DNA of 64,000 nucleotides from Candidatus Anoxymicrobiaceae bacterium (GTDB taxonomy: Bacteria; Actinomycetota; Geothermincolia; Fen-727; Anoxymicrobiaceae): positions 387 to 64,386 of the forward strand of contig DAIUEJ010000010.1 in the NCBI GenBank assembly GCA_036845225.1. The letters run 5' to 3'. The notes under the pieces are model-generated. The model saw nothing but the letters and a program-made list of their open reading frames with translations, ran no database searches and was not told where the DNA came from. A program made the translations under genes and the position numbers. Of this stretch, positions 36,773 through 45,500 are shown one piece after another (position 1 is the stretch's first letter; each line of letters begins with the position of its first letter).

Positions 36773-39004
36773 ATGGCGGCGCTCGCGGCGACGTGGCCGG
36801 GCCATGCTCGGGGAGGAAGAATGGCGACGACGTTCCCTGTCGACCTCGTCGACGGGATCAGGAGCGGCGACAGGCAGGCGATAGAGCAGGCGTACGACGC
36901 GTATTTCACCCCTGTGATGAACTTCGTGTACTTCATCCTCTACGACTATGAGGCCGCTCGCGACATCAGCCAGGACGCCTTCCTGCGCGTGGTGGAAGCG
37001 ATCAAGAGCAACAAGAGCCAGGTGAGGGACTTCAAGCCGTACCTCTTCGCCACGGCTCGCAACCTCGCGATGGACGAGATCAAGCGCTCGCGAAAGCACA
37101 CCTCCTACTCGACCGAGATGATGATGGCGCAGGACCCGAACATCTTCGTGGACCCCGCCCGCGCGGCCTCTCTCGCGGAGCAGCGCGCCCAGGTCGCCAA
37201 CGCCGTCGCCACGATGAACGAGCACCAGAGGACGGCGATGGTCCTGCGGGACGTGGAGGGCTGGAGCTACGACGAGATCGCCACTTTCATGGGCATGTCG
37301 CGCAACGCGGTCGGGGTCCTCCTCTCGCGGGCGCGGCTCAAGTTCAGGACGGAGTTCAGGCTCCAGCAGCTCGACGTCGACGCGCTGGTCGACGAGTGCA
37401 GGGAGATGCTGCCGCTGATGTCCGCGGTGCTCGATGGAGAGGCAACGGAGGAGGAAAAGGAGAGGCTGCAGGCTCACCTCGCCGCCTGCCCGATATGCCG
37501 CCAGACCATGGAGGAGCTCGCGGGCGCGGCGACCACCCTCCGCTCGATGGTGCCGCTGGCACCCGTCCTCGCCATAAAGATCGCGCTCATCGGCAAGACC
37601 GCAACAGTCGTAGGGGCGGCCGCCGGGGCAGCGGCTGCCGGCATGAGCGTGACCGCGAAATTCTTTGTCGGTGTGGTCGCCACCCTGCTGGTCGCCGGCG
37701 CGGGGATGGGCACCTACATCGTTGTGAAGAAAGCGGTCTCGAACAACCCTGCGCCGACCGCCGCCGTCACCATCCCCGCGCAGGGAGAGACACTGACCCG
37801 CGAAGCCGACGCGGAAGGCAAGGCGAAGGTGGTTGTGCTGGTCTCGGTCGACAACAAGCCTCAGAAGGTCGAGCTCGCCATCGACGGCCAGGCCGTCAAG
37901 ACCTTCGACAAAGGGCCGTACCGTTACCAGTGGACGACGGACGCTGCCGGACCCCACACCGTGCAGCCCACGGCGCTGGACGCCAGCGGCAAGAAGTCCC
38001 CCGGCTCGAAGGTGGCGTTTACACTCGCGATCACGAAGAGCATGGCCGACAAGATCGTGTTCGCCCGGGGTGGGAGCGTCTGGCTCTCCAACCCGGACGG
38101 ATCCGGCCAGAGGCAACTGACGAAGAGCGGCTACGATGATATGCCCGCCATCTCTCCCGACGGGACGAAGATAGCTTTCGTTTCACACCGCGACAGGTTC
38201 ATCAGGCCCGACAAGGTCAGGCACAACTACGAGTACCTCACCCAGATCTACGTGATGGACGCGGACGGAGGCAACGTCAGGCGCCTCACCGACGCGTCCA
38301 CCGGAGACTGTGCGACCTTCGGGTTCTTCCCGACGGGCGACCGGATAGTCTTCAACCGCCAGACCGATTTCGGCGGGGAAGAGGGCATCTGGCGGCTCAG
38401 CGTGGTCCCGGTCGCCGGCGGTCAGGTGAGCGATATCGCCACGCAGCACCTGTACCTCGCTTTCGCCACCTTCTACTACCCGACGGTCAGCCCCGACGGA
38501 AAATACGTCTACTCCGGTTTCGAAGGAAGCCAGGTGACCGGCGGTTCCATCCTGCGGACCGATGTGGCGACAGGTGGGACCGATACGCTTATCTCCGCGG
38601 GGAACAGCGGCAACCAGGGCCACGGGTATTTCCTGCCGTCGCTCTCGGTCGACGGCGGCACGCTCGCCACGGCCATGGACACCCAGGTGACCGGTGTGGG
38701 GACCCGGCCGGTCCAGCTCGCGCTCTTCGATGCCGCCGGAGGGAACAAACGCACGTACCCGATGCCGGTCACAGACATCTATGGCGGGGACCAGACGGCG
38801 CTCGGCTACTTCTTCAGCTCCTGGACTCCCGACGGGCGACTGATAATCAGCGCACCCGGGTACTTGAGCGGCTTCGGCAACATCGATCCGTACGCTGAAG
38901 GCGGGGTCTATTACATAGACTCGACCGGCGCGCTCACGGGACAGGTCCTCAAGCGAGGCGTCTCCGCGCGCTGGGGCTCGATCCGGAAGTCGTTCGACAA
39001 GTAG
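36773..39004 (+). CDS. single-ORF fusion: sigma-70 family (ECF-like regions 2 and 4) + zf-HC2 anti-sigma motif + TM + TolB-like beta-propeller
   Basis: ATG 36773 after AAGGAGG. Regions: FLRVVEAIKS/ARNLAMDEIKRS (sigma region 2), VLRDVEGWSYDEIATFMGMSRNAVGVLLSRARLKF (region 4 HTH), HLAACPICRQ (zf-HC2), hydrophobic TM, then repeated SPDG..IAF / VSPDGKYV TolB-like blades. Confidence 0.65.
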   Translation: MAALAATWPGHARGGRMATTFPVDLVDGIRSGDRQAIEQAYDAYFTPVMNFVYFILYDYEAARDISQDAFLRVVEAIKSNKSQVRDFKPYLFATARNLAMDEIKRSRKHTSYSTEMMMAQDPNIFVDPARAASLAEQRAQVANAVATMNEHQRTAMVLRDVEGWSYDEIATFMGMSRNAVGVLLSRARLKFRTEFRLQQLDVDALVDECREMLPLMSAVLDGEATEEEKERLQAHLAACPICRQTMEELAGAATTLRSMVPLAPVLAIKIALIGKTATVVGAAAGAAAAGMSVTAKFFVGVVATLLVAGAGMGTYIVVKKAVSNNPAPTAAVTIPAQGETLTREADAEGKAKVVVLVSVDNKPQKVELAIDGQAVKTFDKGPYRYQWTTDAAGPHTVQPTALDASGKKSPGSKVAFTLAITKSMADKIVFARGGSVWLSNPDGSGQRQLTKSGYDDMPAISPDGTKIAFVSHRDRFIRPDKVRHNYEYLTQIYVMDADGGNVRRLTDASTGDCATFGFFPTGDRIVFNRQTDFGGEEGIWRLSVVPVAGGQVSDIATQHLYLAFATFYYPTVSPDGKYVYSGFEGSQVTGGSILRTDVATGGTDTLISAGNSGNQGHGYFLPSLSVDGGTLATAMDTQVTGVGTRPVQLALFDAAGGNKRTYPMPVTDIYGGDQTALGYFFSSWTPDGRLIISAPGYLSGFGNIDPYAEGGVYYIDSTGALTGQVLKRGVSARWGSIRKSFDK

Positions 39005-39014
39005 CGGCGCGTCC

Positions 39015-39836
39015 TCAGCTCAGGAGCCCGCGGATGAATGCGAGTGCGGCCTGGGCGAGCGGCGAGCGCTCGGAGGCGAGAGGCCTGCACTCGTCGCCGA
39101 GCCTGCGGCACCTCGCGGCGTCCTCCGGCAGGACCGCCGCGGCCTTGATCCCCAGGAAGGTCTCGATGTCGCGCAGCGTGACCAGGTCGCGCGCGACCGC
39201 CACGCGGTTGACGACAAGCTCGGTCCGGGGCCTGCCGCCGGGCAGAGAGTCGAACACGGCAAGCGCGCGCCTGGCTCCACCGAGGCAGGCGAGCTCGGGA
39301 GTCACCACCAGGACCACCACGTCCGATGCCGAGAGCAGGCCGGTGATGAAAAGGTCCTGAGAAGCGCTGGTGTCGACGACGGTGTAATCGAAAGCCGCGG
39401 ACAGCGCGTCGACGAGCTTCCGGGCGTGGGCGGACCCGAGGCTCGGGCGGTCGCAGGGGTCGGAGGGCGAGGGAAGCAGCCGGGCGCCGGATTCGCACCC
39501 GGCAAGAGCGCTTGCGATGCGTTCGGCCGAGATCTCGTCTATCACGCTGGCAACATCCGCGATGGTGAACGTGCCGCGCCCCACCGGGGTGTCCAGCCTG
39601 TAGTGCAGCGACCCGCGGTCGAGATCGGCGTCGACCGCCGCCACCGACCGGCCGGCTGCCGCGAACTCTCTGATCATCTCGGCCGCCAGCATGGTGGTGC
39701 CCACCCCGCCTTTGGCGCCGTGGACCGTAACGGTCATCGCGGAAGATGGAGCCGCGCCGGGAGACCTGGGGGCGGCGTTTTCGAAAAAGGCCTCGCGCCT
39801 TGCCTGTCCGTGGAGTTTGTCGCCCGCAGGTGCCAT
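39015..39836 (-). CDS. CpaE/TadZ-like ParA/MinD-family protein with degenerate Walker A (KGGVGTT)
   Basis: VHGAKGGVGTTMLAAE...VVDTSAS...VVLVVTPE; start uncertain (ATG 39836 or 39737); lacks the N-terminal receiver-like domain. Confidence 0.6.
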   Translation of the reverse strand: MAPAGDKLHGQARREAFFENAAPRSPGAAPSSAMTVTVHGAKGGVGTTMLAAEMIREFAAAGRSVAAVDADLDRGSLHYRLDTPVGRGTFTIADVASVIDEISAERIASALAGCESGARLLPSPSDPCDRPSLGSAHARKLVDALSAAFDYTVVDTSASQDLFITGLLSASDVVVLVVTPELACLGGARRALAVFDSLPGGRPRTELVVNRVAVARDLVTLRDIETFLGIKAAAVLPEDAARCRRLGDECRPLASERSPLAQAALAFIRGLLS

Positions 39837-40194
39837 AAGAGCCCGAGAGTCGTGAGGCGGAGCTTAACAGTACAAGCAAACTTTAGCAGAGCAGGCACTG
39901 GACGTCAACCGCTTGCTGCGGCGCCGTCCCCTGGCCCACGAGAGCCCATCAGTTGAAATCGAAGGAAACATCATCAACCGGGTATTTGCCAATTGGTGAC
40001 AGCACTTGCGGTTTCTCGACCATGCGGTCAAAATAACTTCACAGCGGGAAAAAATATAGTATACTCAAGTACACTGTTCTTAACTATAGATAACTAAAGG
40101 CACTGATTGGCGCAGGGGTTGGGTTCACTTTTCCCTTTTTTGCCTTAAGCAAAGGCCTGGGGAGTTGGAACCTGCCGCAAGACCGGGGTGTTGA

Positions 40195-40767
40195 ATGGCA
40201 AGCGATGCCGGCGTTCGAAGTCTGGTTAAAAAGGCCAAGAGCCGAGACCCTGAGGCGTTCGGCATGCTCTACGATGAGTACGTGGACCAGATATTCCGGT
40301 ATGTCTATTATAAGATCGGTAACCTCCCCGAATCCCAGGACCTCACGGGACAGACTTTCCTGAAAGCCTTCGAAAACATCGACTCCTACGAGATGCGCGA
40401 CGTGGCGTTCAGCTCATGGCTGTACCGCATCGCCCACAACCTGGTGGTGGACTTCTTCCGCAGGGAGTCCAAGAGGGAGAGCGTCCCTATCGAGGACCAG
40501 CCCCCGACGGCGTCCCCTCGGGGAAACCCGGTCGCCACCGTCCTCGCGGACATGGAGAGCGAGCGCCTCTACAGGGCGATGCACAAGCTCACCCACAACC
40601 AGCGAGAGGTCCTCGTGCTCAAGTTCATCGACAACCTCTCCAACGCCCAGGTGGCCGAGATCATGGGCATCTCGGTCGGGGCGGTGAAGTCCACGCAGAA
40701 GCGCGGGCTGCTCTCCCTGAACCGCATCCTGAGCAACTCGAGCGGCACGGATTTCCTCGAGAGATAG
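40195..40767 (+). CDS. ECF-type RNA polymerase sigma factor
   Basis: 190 aa; QTFLKAFENI.../SWLYRIAHNLVVDFFRR (region 2) and QREVLVLKFIDNLSNAQVAEIMGISVGAVKSTQKRGL (region 4). Confidence 0.8.
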   Translation: MASDAGVRSLVKKAKSRDPEAFGMLYDEYVDQIFRYVYYKIGNLPESQDLTGQTFLKAFENIDSYEMRDVAFSSWLYRIAHNLVVDFFRRESKRESVPIEDQPPTASPRGNPVATVLADMESERLYRAMHKLTHNQREVLVLKFIDNLSNAQVAEIMGISVGAVKSTQKRGLLSLNRILSNSSGTDFLER

Positions 40768-40924
40768 CCTCCGGCGCGCCGAGCGGGCTTGATCCGGTGG
40801 CGACTATCCGCCCTTCCGCCTTTTTTTCCTTCAAACGCAGGCGCAGAACCCGTATCTTTACGGCCAGAACACCGTTTAAGCAAGCGGGAATCAAATGTGA
40901 CGTGTCCGGTGTGAAAGGTGGGAA

Positions 40925-43900
40925 GTGGTTCGCTTGAATGAAGATTCAGGTAACCTTTTTGACAAGTCGCTCGACGTCGTCCGCAAGGACAGGAGCAAAC
41001 TCGATTCCGTTCTGAGCAAGCACGCGGACGCGCGTGCCGAGCTCGAGCCGGTCCTCAAGACCGCAATGGTCGTCGAGAGCGTCGAGCAGCCCAGGATGTC
41101 CGCCAAGTCCAGGCAGGACTTCCGGCAGAGGGTCCTCGCCATGGGCGCCACGGGCGCCACGGCGGCGGTGGCCGGAATGGCGGCGGCGTCGGCAAGGCCG
41201 AGGACAGCCAAGGTGCGCCCGGCGTCAGCCGACCCGGGGCGGAATTTCCTTCTGCGTTCGAGGATGCAGGCGTTGGTGAACATCACCGTGATCGTGCTCC
41301 TGCTCGTGAGCGTCATCATGGCGGGCGTCATGGCCATGCCGGTCAAGTACCCGGTCGGCCAGTTGATCGGGGAGCTCGCGAACCATCGCTACCTCCTCGA
41401 GGGCATCATGAAGAACTCGGACCCCAAGGTGATGGCAAAGGCCATCAACCAGAACCCGAACTTCCTGTCCTCGATCGTCGCCGAGCTGCCACCCGAAGTC
41501 CTGGCCATGGCGATGAACAAGAACCCCCAGATGAGCGTTCAGATGGTCAGCCTGCTGGATGCCAAGTCGGTGGCGGTTCCCATCAACGCCAACGGGAAGG
41601 TCATCGCGAGGCTCATCTCCAACCTCGACCCCAAGATGCTCGCGCGCATCATCAACTCCAACACCGAGATGTCCTCGGACCTCATGAAGTATCTCGACCC
41701 CCAGGTCATTGCGCTGATAGTCAACGAGAACGGTCAGTTCATCACCAACCTCATCTCCAACCTTTCGCCCGTGGTCATCGCCGACGTGGTCAACAGCAAC
41801 GGGCCGTTCATCTCGGCGATCATGGGCACGATGGACCCGCAGAACAGCGCGATGATAGTGAACAGCAACGGGCCGTTCCTGTCAGCGCTGGTGGGCAGGC
41901 TCAGCCCCGACGTCCTCGCCAACGCGGTGAACTCCAACGAAGCGTTCATCATGGCGGCGATGAAATACCAGAACCCGGACGTGATGGCGACTGTCGTCAA
42001 CACCAACGGCGACTGGATAGCAGGCCTCATCGGCAGGCTCAACCCGGCGGTGCTCGCCGGGGTCGTGAACAACAACGCGGGAATGGTGACCAAGCTGATG
42101 GACACCATGGACCCGACCGTTGCGGCCGACATCGTCAACAACCAGGGCTTCATGCTCCGGGTGGTCGGCGCGCTGAACCCGGGCTCGATCGCCGGGGCGC
42201 TCAACGCCAACGGCGCATTCCTGACCGCTCTGGTCCAGCACCTCGACGCGTCGCAGATGACCAAGTCGATGGACCAGAACCAGCAGTTCCTTGCTGACGT
42301 GGTCGCGAACGTCTCGCCCGATTTCGTGGCTTCCCTCGCGAACAACCAGACGTTCCTCACCAAGGTGATGGCCGTCTCGGACCCGGGGATCACGGCGGGA
42401 GTGGTGAACAGCAACGGGGCGTTCATAAACTCGCTCATCAAGCTCATCAACCCGCAACTGATCGCCCTGGCGATGAACTCGGCGCCCAACGCGACCAAAG
42501 AGCTGATCTCCAACCTCAACCCCGACGTGATCGCGGGAGTGGTCAACGACAGCGGCTCGTTCCTCTCGCAGATGATGGGCAAGATGAAGCCCGAGGTCAG
42601 CGCCAAGATAGTCAACGCCAACGGCCCGTTCCTGACCGGCCTGATCGCCCACCTGAGCCCTCAGGCGCTGGCGAAGGTCATCAACAGCAACGGCTCGTTC
42701 CTGACCGCGATAATGAGTAAGACCGACCCGCAGACGACGGCTGACATCGTCAACGCGAACGGGGCGTTCCTCAGGAACCTGCTCCACTACCTGGATGCGA
42801 AAAAGCTCGCCGACGCCATGAACGCGAACCCGAGCATGACCCCGAGGATGCTGACCTACCTGTCGCCGTCGGCCATAGCGGCCGTGCTGAACGCGAACCC
42901 GAATTTCCTGCGCGATCTTATAGCCAACCTCGATCCCGCGGTCCTGGTGGCGTCCACCGACTACGCGGGCGCGTTCACCGAAGGCCTGATGGCCAACCTC
43001 GACGAGGCAGTCGTGGGCGGCATCGTCAACCACAACAGCAGCTTCCTGGGGACGCTGGTGTCGAGCCTCGACACCAATCGCCTGGCGCAGGCCATCAACG
43101 CGAACCCGGGGTTCCTCCGGCTGATGATCGGCGCCATGGATGCACCGGGCACGGCAAACATAATGCACGTCCTCCACGTCGGCGGCCAGGTCACCCCGGG
43201 TGGTCCGATGCGCGTGGAGGGGCTGCCTCCGCCACTGCCGAAAGCGCAGCAGGCATCTCCGGTTGGAGCGCCGCTGGGGCCTCCTCCTTCAAAGGGCGAG
43301 CCCGTCAAGAAACGGCCGATCCCCACACCGGAAGCCCGCGAGCAGGCGGTGATGACCGCGGAGGGGTTCCCGACCGGCGGCCGGAAGAGCAAGAAAGCGG
43401 CAGCCGCAGAGGCCGCGGAAGATGTGGCGGCCGTGACCGTGGCCGCTGCCGCCGGTGAAGACGTCCTCGGCATTCCGCGCTCGCGGCGCGAGCGAAAGCG
43501 CGCGCACCGCATCGATACCGCGAACCTCCCCGTCGCGATGCAGGTCCCCGAGGACTACGACGGCGAGGTGACCACCAAGCCGACGTATTTCAAAGCCATA
43601 CTGCTGGCGACGGGTGTCGGCCTCGTCGGCGCGGGCGCGTATGCCGGCATAGCCTGGTGGCTCCACAAGGACCTGGGTATCTTCGGCTGGGTCCTGGGGT
43701 TCGGGGTCGGGGTCGCGATATCTTTCGGCAGCGGGCGCCATTACAGCTGGAAACTCGGGCTCATCGCCGCCGCGATCTCGATGTTCTGGGTGAGCGTCGG
43801 GCGGATAGGGTACTACATGCTCGACGTCAGGTTCAACAACATACTCCCCTTGAAGCTCGGCATCTGGCCGCTGTTCAGGGAGTCTCTGACTACCTACGGC

Positions 43901-44038
43901 AACCAGTTCCTCTCGCTCTGGCTGCTGTTCTTCATCATGTCCGGGGCGGTGGCGTTCCTGGTGGCGTTCAGGCCTCCGCCGATAAAGCTCCAGCTCTCTG
44001 GTGAGCCGCAGAGGCGGGTCGCCGGAAAGGGCGCGTAA
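40925..44038 (+). CDS. anti-sigma-like membrane protein with ~25 tandem 23-residue repeats (N.NG.FL..L...L.P..LA..V) and C-terminal multi-TM domain
   Basis: GTG start; ~110-aa N-terminal soluble region, TM (LVNITVIVLLLVSVIMAGVMAM), then repeats from ~aa 170 to ~750, Pro-rich linker, and 3-4 C-terminal TM helices. Confidence 0.65.
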   Translation: MVRLNEDSGNLFDKSLDVVRKDRSKLDSVLSKHADARAELEPVLKTAMVVESVEQPRMSAKSRQDFRQRVLAMGATGATAAVAGMAAASARPRTAKVRPASADPGRNFLLRSRMQALVNITVIVLLLVSVIMAGVMAMPVKYPVGQLIGELANHRYLLEGIMKNSDPKVMAKAINQNPNFLSSIVAELPPEVLAMAMNKNPQMSVQMVSLLDAKSVAVPINANGKVIARLISNLDPKMLARIINSNTEMSSDLMKYLDPQVIALIVNENGQFITNLISNLSPVVIADVVNSNGPFISAIMGTMDPQNSAMIVNSNGPFLSALVGRLSPDVLANAVNSNEAFIMAAMKYQNPDVMATVVNTNGDWIAGLIGRLNPAVLAGVVNNNAGMVTKLMDTMDPTVAADIVNNQGFMLRVVGALNPGSIAGALNANGAFLTALVQHLDASQMTKSMDQNQQFLADVVANVSPDFVASLANNQTFLTKVMAVSDPGITAGVVNSNGAFINSLIKLINPQLIALAMNSAPNATKELISNLNPDVIAGVVNDSGSFLSQMMGKMKPEVSAKIVNANGPFLTGLIAHLSPQALAKVINSNGSFLTAIMSKTDPQTTADIVNANGAFLRNLLHYLDAKKLADAMNANPSMTPRMLTYLSPSAIAAVLNANPNFLRDLIANLDPAVLVASTDYAGAFTEGLMANLDEAVVGGIVNHNSSFLGTLVSSLDTNRLAQAINANPGFLRLMIGAMDAPGTANIMHVLHVGGQVTPGGPMRVEGLPPPLPKAQQASPVGAPLGPPPSKGEPVKKRPIPTPEAREQAVMTAEGFPTGGRKSKKAAAAEAAEDVAAVTVAAAAGEDVLGIPRSRRERKRAHRIDTANLPVAMQVPEDYDGEVTTKPTYFKAILLATGVGLVGAGAYAGIAWWLHKDLGIFGWVLGFGVGVAISFGSGRHYSWKLGLIAAAISMFWVSVGRIGYYMLDVRFNNILPLKLGIWPLFRESLTTYGNQFLSLWLLFFIMSGAVAFLVAFRPPPIKLQLSGEPQRRVAGKGA
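41440..43170 (+). repeat. ~25 tandem 69-bp coding repeats (diverged, protein-level 23-aa periodicity)
   Basis: Recurrent gtcaacagcaacggc...ttcctg...ctg...ccc...ctggc. units; DNA identity is moderate, so not recent duplications. Confidence 0.6.
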
Positions 44039-44159
44039 GCGCCTGCCCTCAGACTGTCATCAAAGCGAATGATCCCTTGCGGTGACATCTCGCGTGTCAG
44101 ATCGACTCCTGAACCTTTGACCGTCGTCCTGCGCTGTGGTTAAATCCGGATGTAATCGA

Positions 44160-44310
44160 ATACAGACGCCTCCGACCCGAAGGGCCTAAAGCGAAGCAAT
44201 GGTCCAAGGGCGATAGGGTCCGGCGGGAAACCGCCCGGCCTCCCGTGCTTGGAAAGGAGCGTGGACACTAGACGTGCTGCCTGCCTTTCCACGAGGCAGG
44301 CTTTCTTGTT
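44160..44310 (+). promoter_or_regulatory. putative Moco/Tuco riboswitch copy 1 with intrinsic terminator (GCCTGCC...GGCAGGC + T-run at ~44280-44312)
   Basis: ctccgacccgaagggcctaaagcg ... gggaaaccgcccggcctcccgtgcttggaaaggagcg, then hairpin and tttcttgtt; located upstream of the tupA-moeA-moaA cluster. Confidence 0.5.
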
Positions 44311-44329
44311 GAGGGGGTGATCGCCTGGA

Positions 44330-44548
44330 AAACAGAGCTTCTCCGACCCGAAGTGCCTAAAGCGAGAGCCATGGCTTGAGGGCGATGCCCGGAGTGGGTT
44401 ACAAGCGCTGACGCGCTGTATGGTCAGACTGAAGTCTGCCCTCCGGCGACAGGGTTCAGCGGGAAACCGCGGAGCCTCCCGTGTTTGAAAAGGAGAGGTG
44501 TGGGGCTCGATGGCCCCTCGCGGCCCCGGCAGGGGCCTGGAAGTGAGG
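44330..44548 (+). promoter_or_regulatory. putative Moco/Tuco riboswitch copy 2 (expanded internal stem), adjacent to the tupA RBS
   Basis: Repeats the same conserved blocks (ctccgacccgaagtgcctaaagcg ... gggaaaccgcggagcctcccgtgtttgaaaaggagagg) 180 nt downstream of copy 1; ends ~10 nt before GAGGAG-ATG of tupA. Confidence 0.5.
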
Positions 44549-44555
44549 AGAATCG

Positions 44556-45440
44556 ATGAGCAAGAAGAGTTGGACAACGGTATCGATTGTTGTAGCAGTG
44601 ATAGCGCTCGCAGCTGTCTCGTCGGTGGTGGCCGGTGGGTGCGGAAAGAGCGAGCCGACCACGCTTGTCCTCGCCACGACGACGAGCACCCAGGACTCCG
44701 GGTTGCTGGACGTACTCATCCCGGCGTTTGAAAAACAGTACAACGTCAAGGTAAAGACTCTTGCCGTGGGCACCGGCGAAGCGCTCAAGATGGGTGAGAA
44801 AGGCGACGCGGACGTCCTGCTGGTCCACTCCAAAGCGGCCGAGGAGGAGTTTGTGAAGAACGGGTTCGGCCTCGAGCGCGTGCAGGTGGCGTACAACGAC
44901 TTCATCATCGTCGGGCCGGCGGAGGACCCGGCCGGCATCAAGGGCGACAAGAGCGCAACAGACGTGTTCAAGAAGATCACCGCAAAAGGCGCGGTGTTTG
45001 TCAGCCGCGCCGACGACTCAGGCACGAACAAGGCGGAGCTCGCGATCTGGAAAGCGGCGGGCATCAACCCGAAGGGCCAGCCCTGGTACGTAGAGACGGG
45101 TCAGGGCATGGGCGAGACGCTGACCATCACCGATCAGAAGCTGGGATACACCTTGAGCGACCGCGCGACCTTCGTCACCCGCGAGGGGACCCTGAAGCTG
45201 GTCATACTCGTGGAGGGCGACAAGGCGCTGTTCAACCAGTACGGCGTGATAGTCGTGAATCCCGCCAGGCACGCGAACCTCAAACTGAACACCATTGGGG
45301 CTGAGGACTTCGTCGAGTTCCTGACCAGCAAGAAGGGACAAACCCTCATAGGCTCCTACAAGAAGAACGGCGTGGTGCTCTTCCACCCGAACGCGTCCGG
45401 GCAGACGCGCGGCGTGGGGAACACCAGGGAACAACAGTAG
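44556..45440 (+). CDS. tupA: tungstate ABC transporter substrate-binding protein (TupA-like)
   Basis: Signal peptide; VLATTTSTQDSGLLD (TTTS motif characteristic of TupA/WtpA-like oxyanion binders). Confidence 0.6.
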   Translation: MSKKSWTTVSIVVAVIALAAVSSVVAGGCGKSEPTTLVLATTTSTQDSGLLDVLIPAFEKQYNVKVKTLAVGTGEALKMGEKGDADVLLVHSKAAEEEFVKNGFGLERVQVAYNDFIIVGPAEDPAGIKGDKSATDVFKKITAKGAVFVSRADDSGTNKAELAIWKAAGINPKGQPWYVETGQGMGETLTITDQKLGYTLSDRATFVTREGTLKLVILVEGDKALFNQYGVIVVNPARHANLKLNTIGAEDFVEFLTSKKGQTLIGSYKKNGVVLFHPNASGQTRGVGNTREQQ

Positions 45441-45500
45441 CGAATACGCGGAGGGGCCGGGTCCGAGTGGGTCCGGCCTCTCTCTTCAAAGGCGGTAGCG

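Noticed and set aside
41440-43170. 69-bp tandem DNA repeats as a recent VNTR or expansion region
   Set aside because: Copies are only moderately similar at DNA level (diverged, many non-synonymous differences), so they represent ancient protein-level repeats rather than an unstable repeat tract.
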